Under the pieces are notes generated by a model. The model searched no databases, was not told the DNA's origin, and saw only the letters and a list, made by a program, of their open reading frames with translations. DNA of 63,027 nucleotides, filler included, from Bigelowiella natans CCMP2755 (taxonomy: Eukaryota > Protista > Cercozoa): NCBI GenBank assembly GCA_000320545.1. It is 6 parts of 6 records of this genome, joined end to end, with 100 filler letters (N's around TTAATTAATTAA, not from the genome) between each part and the next. Parts side by side here need not be neighbours in the genome. Positions count along the whole stretch, not along the records: positions 33,784 to 42,838 come from ADNK01000779.1; positions 42,939 to 56,046 come from ADNK01002650.1; positions 56,147 to 61,834 come from ADNK01003621.1; 3 more parts are not named here. One strand, written 5' to 3'. Both the position numbers and the translations under genes were made by a program. Positions 38,627 to 56,149 of this stretch are shown piece by piece; position 1 is the stretch's first letter, and each line of letters begins with the position of its first letter.

Positions 38627-39578
38627 CTGACCCCTGCGATAGATCCTAAATAGGCTCCGAAGCCCATACCTGATTCACATATGAGAAGATGGTGGTATTA
38701 GGAGGCTGAGGTTATCTTGCACGACACTAATAATAACGATATGCTACTAATGGTTCATCGTTTCAGTATCATCCTCTCACTTTCGTCCATAAACCACTAC
38801 TCTCTGCAGGCATGACTGACCGGGAGGAAGATAGATTAGAAATCTCTTGTTTGCGCATGAGCTTGGGAACTGGGCAGGGAGAGAGAGCACGGAGTGAGAG
38901 AAGAGGCAGATACAGAAGGACCCTGCTAACTACATTGAATTGGCCTACCTGATGCTTCTTCAGCATGTTATGATAAGGGTGATTCTCCAACAGACACCAT
39001 TTCTCCTCCTCTTCCTTCTTCGCGCTTTGGACCTGATTTTCATCTGAAAGAGATGATGTCGGGGACCCTTCCGAGCCAGCTTTGCTTCCAATATATTGTA
39101 TTATTGGGGTCTGAGTGTAGGGTTAGGATGGTGATAAGCGTGGCGAAAATCTTGTTGACGTGGGATTTTCTTTACACCCTCTCGACTGTAAATGCTCAAA
39201 GGATATGCGAAGCAGTGCAAATTAGACCATTAAGAATCCAATACAAAATACAAAAATAAAGTACGTAGGAGGAAGTGATAAGATTAGTCAACTGCTACTA
39301 ATCGACAGTTCATTGATGACCGTTTTGATACCTGCATCGTTATTCTGCGACTCCACGTCCCCCAAAAGTCTTCCAGGTCTGAAATCTGCAATAGGACACT
39401 TCATCTCACCGACCTCGTCACCATCCCACGTCCGTGACATCATCACTCCAAATTCGCATCATATCATGGTGTAGGCTTCTGAGGCCTCTCATATAAGTAG
39501 ATGATCTCAACATTAACCAACCAGCATGAAGGCCGCACACACGATCAGGACTATCAAGGCCAGCCATCGTAGTCTCAT
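33784..39578 (-). CDS. Alpha-1,6-fucosyltransferase (FUT8/GT23)-like type II membrane protein; 3' part unresolved or truncated
   Basis: N-terminal anchor MRLRWLALIVLIVCAAFML; exons GMGFGAYLGSI, YALNTNRILIL, YECYFKPLTNC and YLIRPNAWM (compare FUT8 YLIRPQPW). The catalytic HVRRxDK motif was not located. Confidence 0.6.
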
Positions 39579-40066
39579 CCCTTTCGTCAGGCTACGCCTG
39601 AACCAGCCTGATCCGAGCTTTGCTCGAGCGAAGATCTAAATACGTTCTGCGACAATAAAAGTCATGTCGCAGAGCTATAATCCTATGGTATTTCGACTAA
39701 TTCTCGTGGGGTTGTTCGGGACCCAAAAAATTTCTGCGACTCGCACAGTGACGACGCAGCCAAATGATATTTTTTCCTAGGAGTGCTTCTGGGTGTGCAA
39801 CGGTGGAGAGCGATGCTTGGCATTTCCCTCCTACTGCAAGGTCCAGCGCTATATTTCTGGGAAAAATAGAATGCATTTTAGAAAATTATCCGATGGCGGA
39901 GTATTGGTCAAGGCCATTGTGATTGTTTTTTTCCCTGTAATTTTTAGTTTTGCATGTCGCTATTTAAAAAGGCTCTGTGTTAAATGATTTGTGCCGCAAC
40001 GAGGTTCCAACTTTCCAACTGGATTGCCCCCCCCTTCCAGACACTCCGAAAAGAAGTTCTGGGATA

Positions 40067-41027
40067 ATGTTACCTCTAGCACGCCGGATGGTACGTTTTC
40101 AACTATCTAATTTTACGTAATGTCACTATTTTGGCAAACGTTTGCCTAGGGGAGGGGGCGTAGTTTCAGAGTGAAAAGAGTGCGAGCTGCTTCTTCACAG
40201 TTTTTGTGTCATTGCCAGCGGCTACGTATTTCAACCTATTCAAATCGAGATACAGTAGGATCCTTATGTGTGATTAGAATACCTCTCGATATTCCCTAAA
40301 GTGGCAGCTATGAACTAATGTTTACAAGCAAAGTGTGTTGGTTAATGAAGCAACCCACTAATGAACTCGTTTCTTGCTTAGATGAGGGCTCCCTCGGCCA
40401 GGCCCTTAACTTTTATGAGATCTTTCTCCCGAATTGAAGCGCCTCCAATGGTCTATATTAGGTTGTCGACTTACAATATTGATTGAGTTGCTTTGAGGCA
40501 CGATCAAGCCCAGATCATCATTCAAAAAACATAATACTTTACCAACAGCGGGGAGGAAATGACACGATACTGCATGGAGCTGATCCTGGAAAAGTGGATA
40601 GATCCAAGAATGGACACGTCTAAGGTATTGTTGTCCCTTTTGTATTGCGATGACTAATATGTGTATGCGTATATGTGTTGTATGTATATTTACATATTTG
40701 TGTCCTCTTTGCAGTGGGAATTCTACGACCTGTCGTGCAAAAGCCGTGACGATACCGAAGACAAAGTTCTCCATGATGCCGTCGACGCGGGTGATCAGCC
40801 TATGCTCTCATAAAGCTGCTTGACAGCAGCCTGCGACAACCCAAACATTTTCGTTATAAGAGTCCATTCGATGGAGTTAAAGATGATATTGTGTTCTAAC
40901 AGGAAAACGTATCTGCGCGATCTTCAAAGAGCCAACAGTTACCCCAACAGAAGTACAAAAGGAAAAGCTTGGCCTTAGGAAGTCTTGGGGAAGGTGAATA
41001 CATTTATTAGAAGATAAGCAAGACGAG

Positions 41028-41068
<41 letters not shown>

Positions 41069-41345
41069 TGTGCCCGAATATCACTGATGGATGGCGCATT
41101 GTCTCAATATTTTGAATGCAGTCCGAACGGAGCGATGAGGCGTGGATGGAATGGGATTACAATCAGTCGTGACACCATCCACATCGAAGGGATGGGTAAG
41201 TGATGACGATGATGATGATGATGATGATGAATACGACTACCGGTATTGAACCGGTATTTTGTGCTGAATACAACAAAAGTTGTCTTCCATATGAATTCTC
41301 GTAGATACACTAGATGATGACTCATATATGTATACCAATATAAAC

Positions 41346-41391
<46 letters not shown>

Positions 41392-42607
41392 ATATATTTC
41401 TATATATATATATCCCAGCAAACACCCATAATAATCATGATGCTACTAATCATCGTCCACATGTAGAATTGGGGTACGACAAGCCTGTGTTCTTCGAGCG
41501 ACATGCAGTGGGTGGAGAGTACAGCGCAGGATGGAAGCACGTGGGGAGGGGAGTCTTAAGGACGATCTTTGAACCTACTGAGGGAGGTTCAGTTGTGGTA
41601 GATGAACGAAAGCTCACGGACAAGGACAACGTTGTTGTTTCTTACCATAACCCCCTCGATAATGTCCAAGACCTCTCGCACCACTTCTTCTCGAGGTATC
41701 CCTGCTACTGCTTTTGCTGCTGCTGATGAATGATGATGATGTCAACAATAGTTCCGCGCAAGAAGTCATCTCTCTCCACACTGTATGACAAATATTCGGC
41801 GTCGGCAATGCATGCATGCAGTATGTACGGTGTTGATCTACAACATCAGCACATCGTATTTGTTTTGCGGTCATCGTGCATGGTATGGGATATGGTATTA
41901 TTCACGTTAGTATATCAACACATAAGCACAATCACACGCACACAATGCTTGCGTATTTTAACAGGTGCCTAGAGGCTAACATAACCCCATTCGTCGTCAC
42001 AAAGAAGACGGTTTGTTTTCATGGCAACGATATTCGTGATACGTTCATTGTTCTTCTCCTCCTCTTTCTTCTTCTTCTTCTTCTTCTTCTTCTTCTTCTT
42101 CTTCTTCTTGTGATAAGCGAACTAACCAAGCAATTTAGCGTATTATTATTAATAATAATACTAATAATAATAATAGGTGTTCAAATGGCAAGAGGGTTTC
42201 TGGCAGATCATGAAGAAGGTCTTTGATGAAGACTACAAAGACAAATTCATTGAGAAGGGACTCCTTGAAAACTGCCAGAATGAGCTTCAGCACCTCATCT
42301 CCGACGCTGCTACTATGCAGGTTGTAGAGAGAGAAACATGTCGGAGAAATCTTTAGTGTAAGGAGGAGGGGGAGGAGGAGGAGGAATTGGAAATAGAGTT
42401 ATTTTCTTCCTCTTCTTTGTTGTTGATTCCCCTGTTATTCTTGTATGTTTGTGGTCCCTTCCTTCTCTTCTTCTTCTTCTTCTTCTTCTTCTTCTTCTTC
42501 TTCTTCTTCTTCATCTTCAATCATAGATCATTCGCTGGACAAAAGGCGGTTTCGGCATGGCAGCCCACAACTACGACGGTGATATGCTTACGGACGAGAT
42601 CGCTCAG
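40067..42607 (+). CDS. IDH: NADP-dependent isocitrate dehydrogenase with an Arg-rich mitochondrial-type presequence, 3'-truncated
   Basis: Exons GEEMTRY, KEPTVTP, SPNGAMRRGWNG, ERHAVGGEY, VTKKTVFKWQE, HLISDAATMQ and AAHNYDGDMLTDEIAQ. Confidence 0.92.
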
Positions 42608-42838
42608 GTGGTGTTTGGAGGAGGATGAGGGGGAGGGGGAGGAGGAAGAGGAGTATATAAGGGACGGAAAATTCTCAAAGTTACTGTTCATTCAACCCTT
42701 CCCCCCCCCTCCCCCCCCTCCCCCACCTAAGCGAACGGGTGCGATAGCGTCCGTATGAATATGGCGGGGGTGGTTGTGGGGAGCCATGCCGAAACCGCGT
42801 TAGGGCCAGGGAATGATCGAGGATGGAAGATGAGGAGG

Positions 42839-42938
42839 NNNNNNNNNNNNNNNNNNNNNNNNNNNNNNNNNNNNNNNNNNNNTTAATTAATTAANNNNNN
42901 NNNNNNNNNNNNNNNNNNNNNNNNNNNNNNNNNNNNNN
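42839..42938. other. Artificial contig spacer
   Basis: N44-TTAATTAATTAA-N44. Confidence 0.99.
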
Positions 42939-43519
42939 AGATTGAACACCTTTCTACGAAACCGAGTTCTCGTAATAGGAGGAGGAGAAGGAGGAGGAGG
43001 AGGAGGAAGGGGAGACAACATCGAAGCCGACTATGAAATGTGCGACATGAAATCAGGTTCATTACCATATCCTTCCCCCCCCCCCTCTCACTCTGACAAA
43101 AACACCAAAAAATGGGTCTGCGAAGTTTCTATCCTTCAAAATTTCCACCCCCCTCCAAAGATGTTTAGAGTATTATCTCCTGAAAGAAATAAAGGAAAAG
43201 ATGAAGCGAGCCAAAGCGTGTATGTGGTATGTTGTGGATGGCTTGGAGGCATGAATCGAATTCCACCCGCAAGCGACCGATCTACTTCTTGAAGATGTGT
43301 GTTGCTTAGACGGCAATCTTTTTCAAGAAAGGGAAGCGATTTATGAAGACGATGATGAAGACTTAACTGACAGCGCTATTTATGACGACGACGATGATGA
43401 TGATGATAATGGTGATGACGGTGATGATGGCGATGGGGTCTTCTCCACACCGTAGAATCATAACAAACTCCGAAATCACGAAAGGGTCGCTTCTAGTCTC
43501 ACCATCGTGTCCGCATTTT

Positions 43520-44344
43520 CATCTATGGAATGATCTAGATGATGGGTGCATGTTTGGGTTAGCCATCACCGTTTTCGACGCCACGGAGTCGCATTTTCCA
43601 GCACTGCATGCATGCTGTCTCCACCTGCACGCGCAGCTGCACGGTGCAGTTGGTGTGATTGACATTGCGGTAAACGCATGTTAGCATGTCTGCCTGCTGC
43701 ATCGCATGCACCGGTCCACAGGTCTGTGTTCATTTTTATGGCGTTCACCACGTGCGACGCGAGCGCAGCTAACTGGCTAATCAAAGACGAATCAATGTTT
43801 GTTGCACAGCGCTAGCTAGAGCGCAATGAAAAGCGTTTGGTTTGGCGCTCATTGGTGGCATTGCTCAGTGCTAGATTGCTCCTTCACTCGCACTGCACTA
43901 CTCTAGTACTCTTAAGGTATAGTGATGATGTACCACGCTAGCACGTGTCTACGCGCTAGCATGTGATGGCAGTGCCTGGAGTTGTGCTATCACGACGACG
44001 ACAGCTGAGCAAGGGTGCACGAGCACGACTACAAGACTAGACGATCGGTGAATGCAATGGCCTTTCTAGCTTTGCCACACCGAAATCAGAAACCCGTGAG
44101 AACATGAACCCAACAATCCGTTTAACAGGGCATCAATTGATCTCTAATTTGTGCTACATGTAATCATCGCGTCGTCACGAACAAAGCACAAACTTGGCAA
44201 AGCGCATGCATGCAAACACGCAGGTTCAATTCCGCAGATCGTGTATGATGCGATTGATCATCCTAGAATTTGACGTGCAATGTTCCAATGTCCCAATCTA
44301 GCAACGCATGCAAACGCATCGTCTGTAAAATTTGCGTTAGCTAG
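43520..44344. other. Partly TpA-depleted, CTAG-enriched intergenic tract
   Basis: Most remaining TA lie in CTA/TAG context; abundant TGCA, CATG and CACG. Confidence 0.65.
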
Positions 44345-45749
44345 CTAGCAGGCTCTCGACAAGAGCTTGATTGAGCGGGCTACTTTGTCGACGTAGCTGC
44401 ACGCATGAAAAGCGATGCTCGAAGCATGGCCGCCCGGCCATTCGTGGAGCTCGGATGCAATGACACCGCGAGCTTTGGACATCGTCTTGAACACGGCACG
44501 CGCTGACCAAGACGGGACAATGTTGTCGTGCGATCCCATCATCTCCACTAGAACCAGCTTCCTTTGTGCGGAGGCGGGTGATGATGGCGCCGAGATCCGC
44601 CGATGTTCTTCCAACTGTTCGTAGAAGCCCGCGACACTCATCGAGTCAAAAATTCGTTTGAGCTTCTTCTCACGGCCGTCGCGCAACACCTCGGGCGAGA
44701 CAGCGCTCTTGAGCACTGAATCAAGAAACACAGGGCGATCAGCTGGTACTAGCAAGCTCACTGCAAGGTCCATCGGTGCTAGAAGAGCTGCTAGGCAGGA
44801 CATTGACCCCCCGTAGGAAACACCTGTGACTCCCAGTGGTTTTCCTGGGCATTTACTGCGCGCCCATTTCAACAGTGCAACGGCCTCAGTGACGATAGCG
44901 TTGGATTGTTGGCCGAGGTCTTGAATGCTTGGTATCTCGAAACTCGTTTGTCTGTGAATGGACATTCCATCTCAATAGAGCAATGAATCCTCCGTCGTCA
45001 AGTTGGCACCAAACCTCGCCCCCTCCCGTTGTTACTTGTTTTTTGTGCTTTGTACCTTGTTGACCGTCGGTATTTGTAGTACGGAGCCATGAGCAACATG
45101 GACGCGATCTTATGCTTCTTATATCTGAACGATCATATATTTATTTTTTTTAAATGTGACAGCTTCGCTACGAGTTGAAACTTACAACGGCATGGCGTAT
45201 CTCTTCCGCCTTAACCCGTAGCCCTCGTCTCCAGTTGCAGGTAGGTGAAGAACAATGCCTTCGCTGTCTTCAAGAGATCCGACTAAAACATAGAAAAGGA
45301 AATTGTCCGTTGTCATTTAAGCTATGGTACAGTTAATGCCGCACATGGCACTAGGAATTTGAGAGCAGACCTACCTACAGCAAAGCGAGCTTGCTTGACT
45401 TCGTCGGGGAGGTGTTTCGCATAGGGTGAGAGAAAGACTCCTTCTTTCTCGTCAACTTTCGGCATGCCGGGGTTACACCTTGGTAGATCCTTAACGTAGA
45501 ATTCCACCTTCTTCATATCTCCGAACCCCTGTCGGCCAACTCATGTGAAGAGCTTGCAAATTGCTATGAATGAGGATAGAAAATACTTCGGATGGACCTA
45601 CCTACCTCGGTGAAGAAGGGTGGACGGCCGCTCACGCTCATCAGGGCGGGAAAGAGACGGTCTATCAGCCCCAGAGCAAAACTGCGTGCAGGGGTATACA
45701 GCGTCACCGCCGCGAGTGCAAACGTCGCCCCAGCAAAAAGCCCCATCAT
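44345..45749 (-). CDS. Alpha/beta hydrolase, ABHD18/DUF2048-like
   Basis: PFFTE/GFG, FLSPYAKHLP, HLPATGDEGY, LLMAPYY, nucleophile elbow GVSYGG, HDNIVP and GGHASS. Confidence 0.85.
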
Positions 45750-46188
45750 CGTGGCGCTGTCCTAGAAAGATGGTAGGTTTTTCGGAACCCCCCACTCTTG
45801 TTCAACCCCGTCTGGGATCGCCCGTCGGTCTGTTGAGAAGTGCAGGGCGCAGGGCGCAAGCACAGCAGCCCACAGAAAACTCGATTTCTGCAGCGACGAC
45901 GTGCTGAAGAGCCCTGGCCCGGAATCTTCCTTCACACTACTCGTGCTCGACTTGTGAAATCCTGGAGAAATCAGGAAATCGCCTAAAATACACCAAATTC
46001 ACTTTGGACGCTCTTTCTGTGCGACTGGTCGGGCCCGGCGGCCGAGCGACAACCCCAGTGCCGATTATAGGGCAAAAACCGCAAAATTATTTTTTTAAAA
46101 AAAAACTTTGAGACAAATTAAATATCGGGATTCCGCGAAACCCTTCCCGCCGCTCTCCATCCTGACTTTTCACAGCCTTTGACGAAGA

Positions 46189-46915
46189 ATGCCAACGGAG
46201 AAGGGCTCCGGGAAGAAGAAAAAACTTCTCACAGATCAAACTGAAGAAGAGCGGCTCGAAATACGAAAGTCGATTAGAGTATTACACAAAGACGCTGCCG
46301 GTCTGTCCTCACAATGAGATCAGCTTTGATTGTCTCCAGATTGCATGCAGTTTGAGGAGGGTTTTGTATTCGGAACTATTCAGATCGAAGGGATGAATTA
46401 GAAAACGTCAACAACCTCCAGCTTGTGCATACATTGGAAAAGGCAGAGAAGATCCATGAAAAGAGTAAATTCTCATCCTCGCTTAACAGACCTGCTCTAA
46501 ATACAAACGTGTTGCGTGCTTTGCTTCGATGCTCAACATTGTCCCCCATATTCTCTACGTTGAAAATAGTTGCTCATCCTACGGAGGCTATTGTGGATCT
46601 GCAGGCGCAACTGACGCTCTCCGACATAGCTGAGAGCGGAATAAGGGTGCTATGTATACTAAATAATAATTTTGAAAATCGAGTAATGGACATGCCAACC
46701 TGCTCTTCCAAGGTTCTCTAACCTACTCCACTGCAAATAGGCGCGCAACCAAGCGGTGGACATTTCGATAGCAGATCTTCTCCATGAACTCGATAAGCGG
46801 TTTTGCCCTGACGGAGACGACTTCGACTGGGAGAGGGTGGGAATGAAAGCTGCGGAGTTCATCTCCGCTGTACCTCCGACTAGATTATTGTAATACTAAA
46901 CATCACCATACACGT

Positions 46916-46968
<53 letters not shown>

Positions 46969-47225
46969 TACATACACCCATACACACAGTAGATTTGAAC
47001 AATATTTTCAAAAAGCATGGTATTGAAATATAGAAAGTTGAGAGGGGGTGGAGAGGAAATGCTGATATCACAATAATCAGCATGATTCTTCAATTGTTAC
47101 TTTAATGGCTCCTCAGAGGAGGAGTGTTAACGAAAGAATTCGTGAGGCCGAAGCAACGGCGTCATGCGAAGAAGAAAAGAAAAATCGTGCAGGAGGCCAA
47201 GAGAACGACAAAAGAGGTGCTGAAA

Positions 47226-47264
<39 letters not shown>

Positions 47265-48265
47265 TTATGTCAACATCAACATGCACATAGAAAATGATAT
47301 ACCGCAAGGATTCGAGGAAAAGTATTCCTTTATATTGGAAATACCGCGAAACTGCCTCTGTTACAACTATGTGTGTTTGGGTCAGAACTTCCAAATTTAT
47401 TCATATAATATATATATATATATAAAAAATACATATATATATATATATATATATTTATATATTTTTATATATATACATCATATACATGTTTATACTTATA
47501 TGCATATATTTATAATACTTATATATGTACATTGTATACACGCACGACGTATTATTTAGAGAACAGAGCACACACTATTCTTTCAACCTACATTTTATAG
47601 ATTGTGGACGCCGACAAAGAGGAGAAAGCACACACTGAGGGAAGAGTGACGTCTCTGAAGAAGAAGCTCAAGAGAGCCGCAAAGCATGGAAACGACCTTA
47701 TTAACTACTTCGAAGTCGTATGCAATCCAGAATCTTTCTCGGTAACGATGAGCATATTCTCAATAACACGATCACAGGCCAGGCACAACACACACACACA
47801 CACACACACACACGCACGCACTCCACACGTGTACCGCCATAGATGCTCGAGGCTGATGCAACAATATATCTCCCATAACGCAGCAAACCGTGGAGAATGT
47901 TTTCGATCTGAGCTTCATCGTCAAGATAGGGGAGGCCAAGATTGTGATGCAAAACGGAGTTCCTCACGTTGGTAATGCTGTTTTTTTAATGTCAATAGAG
48001 CAAATATGAGATAGTAGCTGGCTTATTGGGTTTCTTTCTTCTACAGATAATGAATGCGTGTGCGCAGTTGATTAGCCTTAGTGGCATTTGCACAGCACCC
48101 CCCTCCCCCTCTCTTCCTCACGATGTTAAATTTATATCCTCTAGGTTTCCACAGCTATAGAAAGGAGGAGAACTTCGAGGATCTTGTATCTCACCAAGGC
48201 ATTTTCAAGATGAATGCGTCGATATGGAAGGTGTGTTCTCGTGCATATAGAGAGAGAGGAGATGA

Positions 48266-48298
<33 letters not shown>

Positions 48299-48560
48299 TG
48301 ATGATAATGATAACCGAACGCAAGCATGGATTTTCCCTTGGAAGGAACTCATCGATAGGAGTCCCACCAACACCAAAATATTGATGACAATGATGATGGA
48401 TGACGGCTCATAAACCAATGCAAAACAAAAAGATCATTTTGGTCTGATTTTTCCCCGAGTTCTGTCGAGGGGAAATAAAGCATTGTTGAGAAGGGTGGTG
48501 GTTTTCCTCCTCCGCCTATTGAACCACTTACTTCAAACCACATCAAACGCAAAAGCTGAA
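46189..48560 (+). CDS. NSE4: Smc5/6 kleisin subunit Nse4 (3' end approximate)
   Basis: N-terminal ERLEIRKSIR, EAIVD, FDWERVG, and the Nse4_C signature INYFEVVCNPESFS/QTVENVFDLSFIVK...FKMNASIWKELI. Confidence 0.88.
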
Positions 48561-48839
48561 ATTGCCGATATATTGGAATATCTTTAAATGGTGTGTGTTA
48601 ATATCAGGAAATGTGCACGGCATTGAACATAGAGAAACCCTTCATAAAGACAAGAACAGAATCGGCTTAACACTAGGAACATGTAAACTGGCGAAATTAT
48701 GCTACTGCATCGATCGATGTTGTATGCATCTATATCCCGGAAATTAGATTATGTTTTAATTGGCAGAGAACTTGTTTTACAGACGATTAATATTAGTTCA
48801 AACTCCATCTTGTAATTTGCTTCGTAAGACCCGGTACGA

Positions 48840-49380
48840 CTGGGTTTTGAGCAAAACATGCATGGTTTTCGTGGGCTCGCTGCATTCTAGCATGTGGCAC
48901 GCACATCTAGACATTCGCCGTTGCCCGCCATCTCTAGTTGTGTATTTCATTCTTATTGTTCTCTAGTTCTACCCATGCTATATGGCTCGCACTTGCTTGA
49001 TCGATGCAATCGCATTATTATGTGTGTGATGTTTGTTGCAGGCAGCACTAGAGCAGGCTATCGGCTGCGCATGCTTGTAGGCCAATTGAGCTGCCGCCCT
49101 AGCTATCTAGCTCCGTATCACATTCTCGTACATCGTGCGTTCGGCACGTTCTAGCGTTATGCACATACTCGCATAGCTATCTAGCTATCTAGCTATCGAC
49201 CTTCTCCGCCAACATCGATCATATTGTTGAGGGTCTAACATTCACGATGCGCCCTGCTAGCCTGTCATGCATCACGTACATAACTAGATAGTACACCTTG
49301 ATGATTCAACCAAAATTTGCGTGGTCCGCACTAGCGTAGTCCGACATTGAAACCGCGCCTAGCTCTAGAGCTAGCTAGGT
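48840..49380. other. CTAG-enriched, partly TpA-depleted spacer between convergent genes
   Basis: Many CTAG/AGCT motifs (e.g. 49359-49379); weaker depletion than at 24.3 kb. Confidence 0.55.
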
Positions 49381-49699
49381 CGTTGGAGACGCCATGACAC
49401 TGCAGTCTCGATCTATTATAAACGCATCGCACGGCATGTTTGGCAAACAAACGACATGTTTGGATGCTTTGTCAGAAGCTACTAGGACCAAGGCCGAAAA
49501 ATCAAGAATAGAGGCGTGAGCAGAGAAAAAAGGAAGATATCGATCGCAAAACGATACTGAGTCACTCCAACACTGGCACGCACAAAATTCTGAGAAAACG
49601 CGCCTGCTCGCTACTCTCAAACATACTCGAAACGAATCGCAGGGTTCACTGACCAAATGAAGTAGAGATCGCCGGAACATGATTGTCTCTTGCACCCCT

Positions 49700-55460
<5,761 letters not shown>

Positions 55461-55670
55461 TTTCATTATAAACAAACATATATAATAGATTACACACGTG
55501 CATATACACGTTCGTTGTTAAGAATTCAGTGCACGCGGAAGAAGAAATGCTCTTTCTGTACATCTTCCTATGAAGCATGAGCGAGGTGTGTTGGGAAAGC
55601 AGAAAGCATTCAGTTGAAACAAACACTCAAGCTTCTTTAGAAGTAAATATTTGTTTGAGATAGCATGCGA

Positions 55671-55711
<41 letters not shown>

Positions 55712-55798
55712 AAGTAGGTAACCTCTTCCTGTGTTGTGTGTGCATAGCCACGTTGATTTCTCTGAAAATATCAAGCGTGCGGGTGTTCATAAGATATG

Positions 55799-55872
<74 letters not shown>

Positions 55873-55925
55873 TAATATATTAGCATTTATCTATTTAAAA
55901 TGCAGTTGGAGTTTATTTCGCAAAC

Positions 55926-55963
<38 letters not shown>

Positions 55964-55982
55964 CGCTCGCTCTCTCTGAAAA

Positions 55983-56019
<37 letters not shown>

Positions 56020-56046
56020 CAGACGCGCATTGGCATACACACACGC

Positions 56047-56146
56047 NNNNNNNNNNNNNNNNNNNNNNNNNNNNNNNNNNNNNNNNNNNNTTAATTAATT
56101 AANNNNNNNNNNNNNNNNNNNNNNNNNNNNNNNNNNNNNNNNNNNN
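56047..56146. other. Artificial contig spacer
   Basis: N44-TTAATTAATTAA-N44. Confidence 0.99.
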
Positions 56147-56149
56147 CAT

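Noticed and set aside
42730-42838. Degenerate inverted copy of the preceding IDH exon (possible hairpin RNA)
   Set aside because: Noisy fold-back following a poly-C run at the contig end, typical of a sequencing artefact.
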